Shown piece after piece: positions 8,933-18,662 of a stretch of 64,000 nt of DNA (positions are counted from its first letter, which is position 1; each line of letters opens with the position of its first letter). This DNA is from Xanthobacteraceae bacterium (GTDB taxonomy: Bacteria > Pseudomonadota > Alphaproteobacteria > Rhizobiales > Xanthobacteraceae). Where the stretch lies: contig JAHBZE010000002.1 of NCBI GenBank assembly GCA_019635585.1, positions 1,012,007 through 1,076,006 of the forward strand. The letters run 5' to 3'. The notes beneath the pieces are model-generated. The model was given only the letters and a program-made list of their open reading frames with translations, searched no databases and was not told the origin of the DNA. The position numbers and the translations under genes are program-made.

Positions 8933-9616
8933 CTATTCGGTGGTGGTCGTGGCCGAGGCGCGTTGTACCGCTTTGACCTTGTCGAGCGTGAGCAACGCGG
9001 TGCCGACCATGAGAAGCGGCTCGCTGCCCGAGAGATCGACCGCGTCGACGACGCCCGAGAACTGGGTCGAGATGGTGACACCGGCGCCCGTCGCATCCTT
9101 GGCGTTGATCTTGATGGTGTATTGGCCTTCCGGCGCCGTGGTGCCGTCCGACTTCTTGCCGTCCCAGGTGAAGCTCGAGGTGCCCGCTTCCATCGTCTCC
9201 TCCTTGGTGAAGACGACGTTGCCGGTGGAGTCGGTGATGTTGATGGTGGCCGAAGCCGCGCGCGGCGCGGTGACGTACCAGGTGGCAACGCCCGACTTCA
9301 GCGCGCTGGTCGCGCCATCGGCGGTAATCGTCGCGCCGACATAGTTCATGGCGGTCGAAAGCTGGCTCGACTGGTTGAGCTTCACCAGGGCTTCCAGCGA
9401 GTCGTTGGTGCGGAGTTGCTGCTCGACGCCCGCGAACTGCACGAGTTGCTGGGTGAACTGGTTCGTGTCCAGCGGATCGAGCGGGTTCTGGTTCTTGAGC
9501 TGCGTGGTCAAGAGTTGCAGGAAGGTGTCGAAGTTGCTCGCGATGGTCGAGCGCGTGGTCGCGCTCGCGGCCGAGGCCGCCGTGTTCGTGGTTTGCGTTG
9601 CCGAAGTGACTGCCAT
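8933..9616 (-). CDS. flgD: Flagellar hook capping/assembly protein FlgD
   Basis: N-terminal motif FDTFLQLLTTQLKNQNPLDPLDTNQFTQQLVQFAGVEQ plus a FlgD Ig-like C-terminal region. Confidence 0.93.
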   Translation of the reverse strand: MAVTSATQTTNTAASAASATTRSTIASNFDTFLQLLTTQLKNQNPLDPLDTNQFTQQLVQFAGVEQQLRTNDSLEALVKLNQSSQLSTAMNYVGATITADGATSALKSGVATWYVTAPRAASATINITDSTGNVVFTKEETMEAGTSSFTWDGKKSDGTTAPEGQYTIKINAKDATGAGVTISTQFSGVVDAVDLSGSEPLLMVGTALLTLDKVKAVQRASATTTTE

Positions 9617-9625
9617 GACGCGCCT

Positions 9626-11062
9626 CTAGATCCTGATGTCCACGCCGCCGCGCAGTTGTGCCGCAAGCGAAGCGTTGCCCGCCGTGATTTCGGTCATCGC
9701 CTCGGTATCGGTCTGTACGAGTTCGGACCGCCCACGCATGTCCGGCGCATGGCTCTGCTGGCCCTGTTGGGTTTGCGTGTCCTGCCGCAGCGAAAATTCG
9801 AGTCCGCCCGCGTCGGTCTTGAGCCCCGCGTTTTGCAGCGCCTTTTCGAGACCGCGCGCATCGCGCTGGAGGAGATCGAGCGTTTCCGAACGTTCGACGA
9901 TCAGCTTGGTCGTGGTGTTGCCCTTGTGGTCGATCTCGAGCCGCACATCGATGCGGCCGAGTTCCGGCGGATCGAGGCGGATGTCGAAGCGGCGCTCGCC
10001 CTTGCTGGCGCGGGTCGCGATTTCGACCGCGAGCGATTCCAGCGGCACGTTGCGCGCGGTATCGGCGGCCTGTTGCGTCTGCACCGAAATGGGTGCGGCC
10101 ACCTGCGTCGTAAGCGCGAAGTTCGGCGCAACTGCGTTCGAGGAAATAAGCGGCTTTTGCGTATCGGGTGCGGCATCGACCCCGTCATGCGCGGCGGCAA
10201 ACTGGTTGTGCTTACTGAGCGCTGCGGTCAGCATTTCCAGCGGCGCCGGACCATGCACGGCCGCTGTCGCCGCAAGATTCGTGGAAGCCGCCGCCTGTGT
10301 CTGCGGCTGACCCTGGACTTGCGACGTGACCTCCAGGTGCGCCGCCGTCTTCAGCGGTTTCAGCAAAGACGAAATCGTCTCGGTCGCGGTTTTCGCGGGC
10401 TGCACTTCCGGCGCGGCTTCCGCCTGTACCGAAGCTGCGAACGCTTCGACCTGTCCTTTGACCGCCGCCGTATTCTGCGCGGTTTGCGCGGGCTGCTTTT
10501 CGGCTTCCGCCGCATCGGCAAGCGCCGCTGCAAGCGCAGCTTCGCCGTCGGCCACGGGGGCCTGGGCGTCGGCTGCCGGAGTGCCGGAAGCCGTGGCATC
10601 GGTCTCGGCACTGGCCGGAGTCGTCGCCGCAGCCGCTGCCTGCGGCTGCGTTTCGTTCAACGCGAGCAACAGCGCGTCGGCTGTCGTGCTGTTGTCCGCA
10701 TCCGTATCGGTGTCGGCATCCTCGCTCTCGTCGTCGGAAGCCGTCTGTTTTACCGGCGTGGAGGTTTCGGTTTGCGTCTTGGCTTCGGGCTTGTCGGCGT
10801 GCTTCGCGTGGCGCTTCGCCTGCCGCTCGTCACCGGCTTCCGACTTCGGCTGCTTCGCCGGCGCGTCGTCGCGCCGCTCGGCGGCCTTCGGCGCGTCCGG
10901 TGCCGCTACCGCATTCGCATTGTTGCTATTGGAATTGCCGCTGCTTACCGCGTTGAGCAGCAGCGAAAACGGATCGTCCCCTTCCGCGTCCGGCGCATTG
11001 TTCTGCGCGGGCGCAAGGTTCGTCCGGAAATCGGCGGAAGCAACGGCGGAAACGCTGGTCAC
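9626..11062 (-). CDS. fliK: Flagellar hook-length control protein FliK
   Basis: C-terminal FliK domain (RLDPPELGRIDVRLEIDHKGNTTTKLIVERSETLDLLQRDARGLEKALQNAGL) and a long Ala/Thr/Asp/Gln-rich central ruler region. Start placed at the GTG at 11062 (SD GAGGTG) because the TTG at 11119 lies inside a sigma-54 promoter match. Confidence 0.85.
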   Translation of the reverse strand: MTSVSAVASADFRTNLAPAQNNAPDAEGDDPFSLLLNAVSSGNSNSNNANAVAAPDAPKAAERRDDAPAKQPKSEAGDERQAKRHAKHADKPEAKTQTETSTPVKQTASDDESEDADTDTDADNSTTADALLLALNETQPQAAAAATTPASAETDATASGTPAADAQAPVADGEAALAAALADAAEAEKQPAQTAQNTAAVKGQVEAFAASVQAEAAPEVQPAKTATETISSLLKPLKTAAHLEVTSQVQGQPQTQAAASTNLAATAAVHGPAPLEMLTAALSKHNQFAAAHDGVDAAPDTQKPLISSNAVAPNFALTTQVAAPISVQTQQAADTARNVPLESLAVEIATRASKGERRFDIRLDPPELGRIDVRLEIDHKGNTTTKLIVERSETLDLLQRDARGLEKALQNAGLKTDAGGLEFSLRQDTQTQQGQQSHAPDMRGRSELVQTDTEAMTEITAGNASLAAQLRGGVDIRI

Positions 11063-11102
11063 GAAGCACCTCGGAAGGAACGGATGGATCCGCCCTGTTC
11101 TC

Positions 11103-11118
11103 AGCAAGCCGCGGGCCA
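11103..11118 (-). promoter_or_regulatory. Sigma-54 (-24/-12) promoter candidate for fliK-flgD
   Basis: The minus strand reads TGGCCC-GCGGC-TTGCT against the consensus TGGCAC-N5-TTGCW, with correct GG/GC spacing. It lies about 40 nt upstream of the GTG at 11062. Confidence 0.65.
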
Positions 11119-11201
11119 ATCCGCTCGAGAATAAAATGCCCGAAAATCAGCACTTTTCGCCTGCAGGAACGGCGCCATAGACCGGCAGAAACCGCACACC
11201 C

Positions 11202-11215
11202 GGCAGACTTTGCCG
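11202..11215. promoter_or_regulatory. Enhancer-like dyad GGCAG-ACT-TTGCC(G), a possible FlbD/ftr-type site
   Basis: Imperfect inverted repeat about 85-110 bp upstream of the sigma-54 promoter. A second CCGGCAGA half-site sits at 11182-11189. It has the same GGCA-N4-TTGCCG format as the site at 24809-24822. Confidence 0.4.
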
Positions 11216-11255
11216 CCTCTTTCATTGAGAAATCAGCATCCCTATAACCCGCGCC

Positions 11256-12461
11256 ATGACAGCCAGCGCCATGACCCCGGACTTCCAGATCGAAGGCGAT
11301 CCGAAGACGACCCGCATCGTGGTTGCGATGTCGGGCGGCGTGGATTCGTCGGTCGCGGCGGCACTCGCCAAGCGCGCGGGCTATGATGTCGTCGGCGTGA
11401 CCTTGCAGCTCTACAATCACGGCGAAGCGGTTCAGAAGAAGGGCGCCTGCTGCGCCGGCTCCGACATCCACGACGCCCGCACGGTCGCGGCCAAGATTGG
11501 CATTCCGCATTTTGTCTTGGACTACGAAGAGCGCTTCCGCGCGCAGGTGATCGAGCCCTTCGCGGATTCTTACGCGCGTGGCGAAACGCCGGTGCCCTGC
11601 ATTTCGTGCAACCAGACCGTCAAGTTCAAGGATTTGCTTTCGACTGCAAAGGATCTCGGCGGCGCGGCCCTCGTCACCGGCCACTACATCGAAAGCCGTA
11701 GCACCGGAAATCACCGCGCGATGTATCGCGCGCACGACGCGGAGCGCGACCAGAGTTACTTCCTCTATGCGACCACGCAGGAGCAGCTCGACTATCTGCG
11801 CTTTCCGCTCGGCGGATTGGCAAAGCCCGCCGTGCGCGCGATCGCGGAAGAGCTTGGCCTCATCGTCGCGAACAAGCCGGACAGCCAGGACATCTGCTTC
11901 GTGCCTTCGGGCCGCTACACCACGATCATCGACCGGCTGAAGCCGGACGCCGCCGAAGCCGGCGAGATCGTGCATCTCGACGGCCGCGTGCTCGGCAAGC
12001 ACGCCGGCATCATTCATTATACCGTGGGCCAGCGCCGCGGCCTGAACATCGCCGAAGGCGAGCCGCTTTACGTGATCCGGCTCGACGCGAAGACGCGGCG
12101 CGTGATCGTCGGCCCGCGCGAGGAGTTACTGGTCGGTCGCGCGATGCTGCGCGACATCAACTGGCTCGGCGATATTTCCTTGCAGGAAATGGCGGCAGCA
12201 GGAACGCCGGTCTATGCGCGCGTGCGCTCGACACGCGCGCCGGTTGCCGCGGCGTTGCATTGCGACGGCAACGGGGTTTTCATCGACTTCGCCGAAGGTG
12301 AAGAAGGCGTCGCGCCCGGTCAGGCTTGTGTGCTTTATGAGGGCAGCGGCGATCGTTCCCGTGTATTGGGCGGCGGCGTGATTACGTCCACCTTGCCGAT
12401 GCGCCAAAGGCGGGAGAAAATGGCGGCGGCTTTGAAACCGGAAGCCGCGTTGGTGGTTTGA
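11256..12461 (+). CDS. mnmA: tRNA 2-thiouridine(34) synthase MnmA
   Basis: PP-loop [14 protein letters not shown], catalytic Cys context [10 protein letters not shown], and DSQDICFV. Confidence 0.95.
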   Translation: MTASAMTPDFQIEGDPKTTRIVVAMSGGVDSSVAAALAKRAGYDVVGVTLQLYNHGEAVQKKGACCAGSDIHDARTVAAKIGIPHFVLDYEERFRAQVIEPFADSYARGETPVPCISCNQTVKFKDLLSTAKDLGGAALVTGHYIESRSTGNHRAMYRAHDAERDQSYFLYATTQEQLDYLRFPLGGLAKPAVRAIAEELGLIVANKPDSQDICFVPSGRYTTIIDRLKPDAAEAGEIVHLDGRVLGKHAGIIHYTVGQRRGLNIAEGEPLYVIRLDAKTRRVIVGPREELLVGRAMLRDINWLGDISLQEMAAAGTPVYARVRSTRAPVAAALHCDGNGVFIDFAEGEEGVAPGQACVLYEGSGDRSRVLGGGVITSTLPMRQRREKMAAALKPEAALVV

Positions 12462-12480
12462 GCGTCTCGAAGGGGCGTCA

Positions 12481-13185
12481 ATGAAGACCGAATTGGCCGG
12501 AAACGGCAAAGCGGGCCAGAGCCTGGACCGCGAGACCATCGAAAAAGCCTATGCCCGCTGGGCGCCCGTTTACGACCTCGTCTTCGGTCCGCTTCTCGAC
12601 ATGGGCCGCCGCACCGCGACCAATGCCGCGACCCGCATCGGCGGGCGCATTCTGAATGTCGGCGTCGGCACCGGCCTCGAGCTTCCCTATTTCGACAAAT
12701 CGCACGAAGTCGTCGGCGTCGATATTTCCGAGCCGATGCTGCGCAAGGCGCAGGAGCGCATCGAGCGCGAGAAACTTCTCAACGTGAAAGGTCTCTGCGT
12801 CATGGACGGCGCGAACTTGGCCTTCGCCGACGGTTCCTTCGACTGCGTGGTCGCGCAATTCGTCATCACCACGGTGCCGCAGCCGGAAAAGACGCTCGAC
12901 GAATTCGCGCGCGTGCTCAAACCCGGCGGCGAAATCGTGCTCGTGAACCACATCGGCGCCGAACGCGGCCTGCGCGCGAGCTTCGAGCGCTGGTTCTCCC
13001 AGCATGCGCGCAAGCTCGGCTGGTCGCCGGAATTCCCCTTCAAGCGGATTTCGGACTGGGCGGAAAAGAACGGCAGCGTCCGTCTCGTCGAGCGCCGCAC
13101 GGTGCCGCCGTTCGGCGTTTTTACGCTGATGCGCTTCTCCCGCGACGACGCGGCAAGCGCTGCTCCGGCCGCCGCAACGGCCTGA
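12481..13185 (+). CDS. Class I SAM-dependent methyltransferase (UbiE/PmtA-like; possibly phospholipid N-methyltransferase)
   Basis: Motif I ILNVGVGTGLEL, post-I VVGVDISEPML, motif III LKPGGEIVLVNH. The PmtA suggestion is from resemblance to Rhodobacter-type PmtA and is unverified. Confidence 0.8.
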   Translation: MKTELAGNGKAGQSLDRETIEKAYARWAPVYDLVFGPLLDMGRRTATNAATRIGGRILNVGVGTGLELPYFDKSHEVVGVDISEPMLRKAQERIEREKLLNVKGLCVMDGANLAFADGSFDCVVAQFVITTVPQPEKTLDEFARVLKPGGEIVLVNHIGAERGLRASFERWFSQHARKLGWSPEFPFKRISDWAEKNGSVRLVERRTVPPFGVFTLMRFSRDDAASAAPAAATA

Positions 13186-13265
13186 CCCTTCCATCCTTGA
13201 CAGCGACGGCCTTGGGTTTCATATCCCGGCCCTCTCGCACGGTAGCTTTGCCGCGACGGAACAGG

Positions 13266-13342
13266 CGGCGGGGTAGCTCAGCTGGTTAGAGCACGGGAAT
13301 CATAATCCTGGGGTCGGGGGTTCGAGTCCCTCCCCCGCTACC
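13266..13342 (+). tRNA. tRNA-Met (anticodon CAU; elongator-like, tRNA-Ile2 not excluded)
   Basis: Manual cloverleaf: GGCGGGG UA GCUC AGCUGGUUA GAGC A CGGGA AUCAUAA UCCUG GGGUC GGGGG UUCGAGU CCCUC CCCCGCU A CCA. CCA is encoded. As read, position 1:72 is a G-U pair. Confidence 0.9.
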
Positions 13343-13368
13343 AAAAATTTTCTTCGCGCTTCGCAATC

Positions 13369-13394
13369 GAAAAAGCCATCGCGCCGCGGGATGG
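13369..13394 (-). terminator. Rho-independent terminator after the transglycosylase gene
   Basis: The minus strand reads GCCATC-CCGCGGCGC-GATGGC followed by TTTTT. Confidence 0.6.
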
Positions 13395-13404
13395 CGGATG
13401 GAAG

Positions 13405-14637
13405 TTAGCGCAGCCGCCGAAGCCTACGCACGAGTTCTTCGGTCGGATAACCATCCGCCGGCAGGCCGACCTTGACCTGCGCCTGTTGCACCGCCTTGCG
13501 CGACGACGCGCCGAGTTTGCCGTCGATGCCGCCGACGTCATAGCCCGCTTTCGCAAGCAGCGTCTGCAATTCGCGGGTCTGCTCCATCGTGAACGTGTCG
13601 GGTGTGCCATTGCCCTTGCGCAGCGGCGGCGCGCCCGCGATGCGCGTCGCGAGATAGGCCGCAGTCGTCGAGTAGATCAGCGAATTGTTCCACTCGGTAT
13701 AAACGCGGAAGTTCGGATACACGAGAAACGCGGGGCCGAGACGGCCCATCGGCAGGAGTAGCGAAGCCTTCGGCGCATTTTCCGGGAGCGGCTTGCCGTT
13801 TGCGAGCGTCACACCCCATTGCGCCCATTGCGAATGCGGATGTTCGATGTCGAGGCTCGCCTGGCTCCAATCCATCCGTTCCGGCACGCGCACTTCCAGC
13901 ATCCACGGCTCGCCGCGCCGCCAGCCGATCTTCTGGATGTAATGCGCGGTGGTGGCGAGCACGTCCGGCACGCTGCGCAACAGATCGACCTTCCCGTTGC
14001 CATCGAAGTCCACGCCGTAGTCGAAATAATGCGACGGCAGGAATTGCGTCTGCCCGAGTTCGCCGGCCCAGGAGCCGATCATGTTGTCGGGCGTCAGATC
14101 GCCGCGCTGGACGATTCTCAAAGCGGCGATCAGTTCCTTGCGGAAGCGCTCGCTGCGGCGGCAGTCATAGGCGAGCGAAGCCAGCGAACGCAGCACCTCG
14201 AACTTGCCGATGCCCGCGCCAAAATCGCTCTCCAGTGCCCAGAACGCGGTGATCACCGGCGCCGGCACGCCGTATTGCTGTTCGATCTTCTCGAAGATGT
14301 CGGCGTATTTCTTGATGAGCTGCTGCCCGCGCGGCGCGCGGCCCGAGCCCGCCATACGGTTCGAAAATTCGAGAAACGCCTGGCTGAAAACGCGCTGGCC
14401 GCGATCGATGCCGATGATTTTCCGGTCGAGCACGAGCAGATGCTCAGTGCGGGCGAGCGTACGCGGCGTGATGCCTTGCTCGAGCGCATCCTTTTTAAAG
14501 CCGGCAAGCCACTTCTCGAAACTTTCGGTGTTGCGGCAATTCGGCGCCGCTTGCGCATACGCCGAAGTTACATTCGCAACCATCATGCCGGCGGCGATAA
14601 CGCCCGCATAAATACCAACCCGCATCGTCCTCACCAT
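13405..14637 (-). CDS. Lytic murein transglycosylase (MltB/SltB family) with a C-terminal peptidoglycan-binding domain
   Basis: Signal peptide, MltB-type motifs (ESDFG, GQTQFLPS, YNSLIYSTT..) and a PG_binding_1-like C-terminus (LQTLLAKAGYDVGGIDGKLG). An alternative start exists at the ATG at 14625. Confidence 0.9.
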   Translation of the reverse strand: MVRTMRVGIYAGVIAAGMMVANVTSAYAQAAPNCRNTESFEKWLAGFKKDALEQGITPRTLARTEHLLVLDRKIIGIDRGQRVFSQAFLEFSNRMAGSGRAPRGQQLIKKYADIFEKIEQQYGVPAPVITAFWALESDFGAGIGKFEVLRSLASLAYDCRRSERFRKELIAALRIVQRGDLTPDNMIGSWAGELGQTQFLPSHYFDYGVDFDGNGKVDLLRSVPDVLATTAHYIQKIGWRRGEPWMLEVRVPERMDWSQASLDIEHPHSQWAQWGVTLANGKPLPENAPKASLLLPMGRLGPAFLVYPNFRVYTEWNNSLIYSTTAAYLATRIAGAPPLRKGNGTPDTFTMEQTRELQTLLAKAGYDVGGIDGKLGASSRKAVQQAQVKVGLPADGYPTEELVRRLRRLR

Positions 14638-14799
14638 TCAAGAAAAACCCGCCCTCGTTCCATCCCTTAGCCGCCGGACCGTGTCCTCTGCAATGGTAGG
14701 GAGGCAGACGAATTCTTGCGAATTTTTACCGGCTGACGGAGTATTCGCGGCAATTCCAAACAGCGGCCGGAAAGGCCGCGACCCCGGGAGAATACGTCC

Positions 14800-15975
14800 A
14801 TGCTTCGCAAATCGTTTTTGGCCGCGCTTGCGGCAACCGCGCTCGCGGTCGGCACCCTGCCAGCCGCCGCGCAGGAAACCGTGAAAATCGGCATCATCAC
14901 GCCGCTCACCGGCCCGTTCGCTTCGACCGGCAAGCAGCACGAAACCGCTGCACGGCTTTATATGCAGCAACACGGCACCACCGTAGCCGGCAAGAAAATC
15001 GAGCTCATCATTCGCGACGACGCCGGGCGCGCGGAAAACACCGCCCGCATCGCCAGCGAGTTGATCCAGAACGACAAGGTAAGCTTCATCGCCGGCTTCG
15101 GCCTGACGCCGCTTGCGATGGCGACCGCGCCGATCGCGACCAACGCGAAGGTGCCGATGATCGTGATGATGGCCGGCACCTCGATTATCACCGAGCGCTC
15201 GCCGTACATCGTGCGTACGAGCTTCACGCTAGGACAGTCCGCGGTCATTATCGCCGACTGGGCCGCGAAGAATAAAGTCAAAAAGGTCGTGACCCTTGTT
15301 ACCGACTACGCGCCGGGCCACGACGCCGAAAAATCCTTCGTCGATCAGTTCAAGTCCAAGGGCGGAGAGATCGTGGAAAGCATTCGCGTGCCGATTCAGA
15401 ATCCCGACTACGCGCCATTCCTCCAGCGCGTGCTCGATGCGAAGCCCGACGCGCTTTACGTCTTCGTGCCGTCGGGTCAGGGCTCGATCCTGATGAAGCA
15501 ATATGTCGAGCGCGGTCTCGACAAATCGGGCATTCGCCTGATCGGCACCGGCGACATCACCGACGACGACATTCTGAACGGTTTCGGCGATGCCGCGATC
15601 GGCGTGATTACCGCGCACATGTATTCGACCGCGCATCCGTCGGCGATGAACAAGGAATATGTCGCCGCCTTCAAGAAGTTGAACCCGAGCCTGCGGCCGA
15701 ACTTCGCGTCGGTCGGCGCCTATGACGGCATGCATCTGATCTACGAGGCGCTGAAGAAGACCAACGGCAAGACGGACGGCGACGCGCTGATCGCCGCGAT
15801 GAAGGGCCTGAAGTGGGAAAGCCCGCGCGGACCGATCTCGATCGATCCGGAGACGCGGGACATCGTCCAGACCATCTACATCCGCAAGGTCGAGAAGAAA
15901 GACGGCGAACTCTATAACGTCGAGTTCGAGAGCTTCCCCGATGTGAAGGATCCGGTGAAGGCGGCGAAGAAGTAA
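14800..15975 (+). CDS. ABC transporter substrate-binding protein (LivK/branched-chain amino-acid type)
   Basis: Signal peptide ending AAAQE, type I periplasmic binding fold pattern (VKIGIITPLTGPFAS), followed by LivHMGF-type genes. Confidence 0.9.
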   Translation: MLRKSFLAALAATALAVGTLPAAAQETVKIGIITPLTGPFASTGKQHETAARLYMQQHGTTVAGKKIELIIRDDAGRAENTARIASELIQNDKVSFIAGFGLTPLAMATAPIATNAKVPMIVMMAGTSIITERSPYIVRTSFTLGQSAVIIADWAAKNKVKKVVTLVTDYAPGHDAEKSFVDQFKSKGGEIVESIRVPIQNPDYAPFLQRVLDAKPDALYVFVPSGQGSILMKQYVERGLDKSGIRLIGTGDITDDDILNGFGDAAIGVITAHMYSTAHPSAMNKEYVAAFKKLNPSLRPNFASVGAYDGMHLIYEALKKTNGKTDGDALIAAMKGLKWESPRGPISIDPETRDIVQTIYIRKVEKKDGELYNVEFESFPDVKDPVKAAKK

Positions 15976-16046
15976 ACCGCAAGCAGGCAGATGAAATTCG
16001 GCCTCGCCGCCAAACCGGCGGCGGGGCCGATTGCTAGAGTAGAGTC

Positions 16047-16907
16047 ATGCTGACCATCCTGTTCGACGGCATCGCCTACGGCATGCTCCTGTTCGTGATT
16101 TCCTGCGGGCTCGCGGTCACGCTGGGACTGATGAACTTCGTCAATCTCGCACACGGCGCCTTCGCCATGCTCGGCGGCTACTGCGCTTATGTGCTCGTGA
16201 ATTTCTACGGCGTGCCGTTTTTCGCGAGCCTGCCGGTCGCTTTCCTGTTCGCAGCCATGATCGGCCTTGTCGCCGAACGCTCGCTCTACGTTCACTTCTA
16301 CAACCGCAGCCATCTCGAACAGGTACTGTTCACGATCGGCCTTGTCTTCATGACCTCCGCGCTGGTCGACTATTTTCTCGGCTCGCAGCAGCGCTTCATC
16401 AACCTGCCATCCTATTTGCAAGGCCGCTTCGATTTCTTCGGTGTCGGTATCGGCAAATACCGGCTCTTGATCATTCTCGTCTGCGCCCTGATCGTGATCG
16501 TGCTGCAACTGATCCTAGGCCACACACGTTTCGGGAGCCGCCTCCGCGCCGCGGTCGACGATCAGCGCGTCGCGCGCGGCTTGGGTATCAACGTCAACCG
16601 CGTATTTGCGCTGACCTTCGCCGCCGGCTGCGGACTTGCGGGTCTGGGCGGCGCGCTTGGCGCGGAAATCCTTTCGCTTGAACCTCATTTCCCGCTGAAA
16701 TTCATGATCTACTTTCTGATCGTGGTTTCGGTCGGCGGCACCTCGAGCATCACCGGACCTTTTCTTGCGTCTATCTTGCTAGGAATCGGAGACGTAGCCG
16801 GGAAATATTACGCGCCCCGCTTCGGCGGCTTCGTCATCTACACCATCATGATCGTCGTGCTGGTCCTGCGCCCGCAGGGGCTGTTCACGCGCGGCACTTC
16901 GAAATAG
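16047..16907 (+). CDS. Branched-chain amino-acid ABC transporter permease (LivH type)
   Basis: 286 aa polytopic protein; LivH-like N-terminus LFDGIAYGMLLFVISCGLAVTLGLMNFVNLAHGAF. Confidence 0.9.
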   Translation: MLTILFDGIAYGMLLFVISCGLAVTLGLMNFVNLAHGAFAMLGGYCAYVLVNFYGVPFFASLPVAFLFAAMIGLVAERSLYVHFYNRSHLEQVLFTIGLVFMTSALVDYFLGSQQRFINLPSYLQGRFDFFGVGIGKYRLLIILVCALIVIVLQLILGHTRFGSRLRAAVDDQRVARGLGINVNRVFALTFAAGCGLAGLGGALGAEILSLEPHFPLKFMIYFLIVVSVGGTSSITGPFLASILLGIGDVAGKYYAPRFGGFVIYTIMIVVLVLRPQGLFTRGTSK

Positions 16908-16911
16908 CGCA

Positions 16912-17916
16912 ATGAGCACCGCGGACACATTCCGGCAAGCCGACGCGGCGCTGAAGAAGAAGCGCGCGTGGCATTGGCTCGAGTATGTCTTCTGGCTCGC
17001 GGTCGCAGCGACCGTGTTTCTGTTTCCCTCGCAACATACGCTGCTCACGCAGATCGCGATCTGGTCGCTGTTTGCACTCTCGCTCGATCTTTTGCTCGGT
17101 TACGCCGGTATCGTTTCGCTTGGCCATGCCGCCTATTTCGGTTTCGGCGCTTATGTCGCGGCGCTTTTCGCGATCAACTTCACCGGCGAACCGCTGACGG
17201 TATTGCTCGTCGCCGGCATCGCTGCCGGGCTGCTCGGGCTCGTCACGAGTCTCTTGGTATTGCGCGGCAGCGACCTGACGCGGCTCATGGTGACGCTCGG
17301 CATCGCGCTGGTAATGTACGAGCTCGCGAACCAGATGTCCTGGCTCACCGGCGGCGCGGACGGCCTGACCGGCATGCCGGTAAATCCCGTCTTCGGCGTA
17401 TTCCCGATCTCGTTCCGCCCGACCAACTCATACATTTATGTGTTGTGCGTGCTGTTCGTCCTGTTCGTCGTTGCGCGGCGCATCGTGCACTCGCCGTTCG
17501 GTTATTCGCTGCGCGCGATCAAGGGCAATCCGCTGCGCGCATCCTCGATCGGCATTTCGACTAACCGGCGGCTGATCGCAGTCTATGCGCTCGGCGCGGC
17601 CTACGCCGGCGTCGCGGGCGCGCTGCTCGCGCAGACCACGCCGGTGGTGTCGCTGACCTACATCGACTTCCAGCGCTCGGCGGATGTGCTCTTGATGCTC
17701 ATCATCGGCGGCACCGGCTATCTATACGGCGGCATCGTCGGCAGCGCGCTATTTCTGATCGCGCAAAAATTCATCGGCAACGTCACGCCGCAATACTGGG
17801 AATTCTGGATCGGCTTCGCCCTCGTCGTGATTGCGCTGTTTGCGCGCGACCGTGGCGTATTCAGCATCATCGAGCGCGTTGCGAACGCACTTCGCAAGGA
17901 AAAGGCGAAGCCATGA
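16912..17916 (+). CDS. Branched-chain amino-acid ABC transporter permease (LivM type)
   Basis: 334 aa polytopic protein with the motif LLGYAGIVSLGHAAYFGFGAY. Overlaps the next gene by ATGA. Confidence 0.9.
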   Translation: MSTADTFRQADAALKKKRAWHWLEYVFWLAVAATVFLFPSQHTLLTQIAIWSLFALSLDLLLGYAGIVSLGHAAYFGFGAYVAALFAINFTGEPLTVLLVAGIAAGLLGLVTSLLVLRGSDLTRLMVTLGIALVMYELANQMSWLTGGADGLTGMPVNPVFGVFPISFRPTNSYIYVLCVLFVLFVVARRIVHSPFGYSLRAIKGNPLRASSIGISTNRRLIAVYALGAAYAGVAGALLAQTTPVVSLTYIDFQRSADVLLMLIIGGTGYLYGGIVGSALFLIAQKFIGNVTPQYWEFWIGFALVVIALFARDRGVFSIIERVANALRKEKAKP

Positions 17917-18662
17917 ACGCGCTCGAAACCGTCGATCTCGAGAAGCGCTTCGGTGGCATCGTGCCGACCAATAGCGTAAGCCTGCGAGTGCGCGAAGGCG
18001 CGCGCCACGCGCTGATCGGCCCGAACGGTGCCGGCAAGACCACGCTCATCAATTTGTTGACCGGCGTGCTGCGGCCGAGCAAGGGCAAGGTGAAGCTCGG
18101 CGGCGGCGACATCACGAACCTGAAGCCGCACCAGCGCGTCGCGCGTGGCATCACCCGCACTTTCCAGATCAATCAGCTCTTTGCCGATCTCTCGCCGCTC
18201 GAATCCATCGCGCTCGTGATCGGCGAGCGCGAAAAGCAGGGCGCGCGCTTCTGGCGCGCTTTCGGCGGCGACGAGGCAATCGCGCGCGAAGCAGCAAGCC
18301 TCGCGCAACAATTCGGGCTTGCCGACGTGATCGGCGAACGCACGTCTTCCCTTCCCTATGGCAAGCAGCGCCAGCTCGAAATCGCACTCGCGATAGCGGG
18401 CAAGCCGCGCGTATTGCTGCTCGATGAGCCCGCGGCTGGCGTGCCGGAAGCCGAGCGTCATGAAATTCTCGAAACCGTCGCCGCGTTGCCGAAAGACGTC
18501 ACCGTGCTTCTGATCGAGCACGACATGGATATCGTATTCGGTTTCGCCGACCGCATCTCGGTGCTGGTCGAAGGAAAACTGTTGGTCGAAGGCGACCCGA
18601 AGGAAATCCAGAACGACCCGCGCGTGCGCGCGGTCTATCTCGGCGAGGGCGCCGGTGACTGA
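17913..18662 (+). CDS. ABC transporter ATP-binding protein (LivG type)
   Basis: Walker [10 protein letters not shown], signature LPYGKQRQLE, Walker B LLLDEP. Confidence 0.92.
   Translation: MNALETVDLEKRFGGIVPTNSVSLRVREGARHALIGPNGAGKTTLINLLTGVLRPSKGKVKLGGGDITNLKPHQRVARGITRTFQINQLFADLSPLESIALVIGEREKQGARFWRAFGGDEAIAREAASLAQQFGLADVIGERTSSLPYGKQRQLEIALAIAGKPRVLLLDEPAAGVPEAERHEILETVAALPKDVTVLLIEHDMDIVFGFADRISVLVEGKLLVEGDPKEIQNDPRVRAVYLGEGAGD

Noticed and set aside
8963-11134. 723 aa plus-strand ORF, the longest in this area
   Set aside because: It is antisense to flgD and fliK. Its product is Arg/Gly/Leu-rich low-complexity sequence with no motifs, typical of the stop-codon-poor antisense frame of high-GC genes. 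The minus-strand genes have clear homology.
13266-13404. tRNA-Met (and tRNA-Glu at 52585) as integration sites of genomic islands
   Set aside because: There is no integrase, no direct repeat of the tRNA 3' end, and no compositional shift downstream. The neighbouring genes are ordinary core genes.
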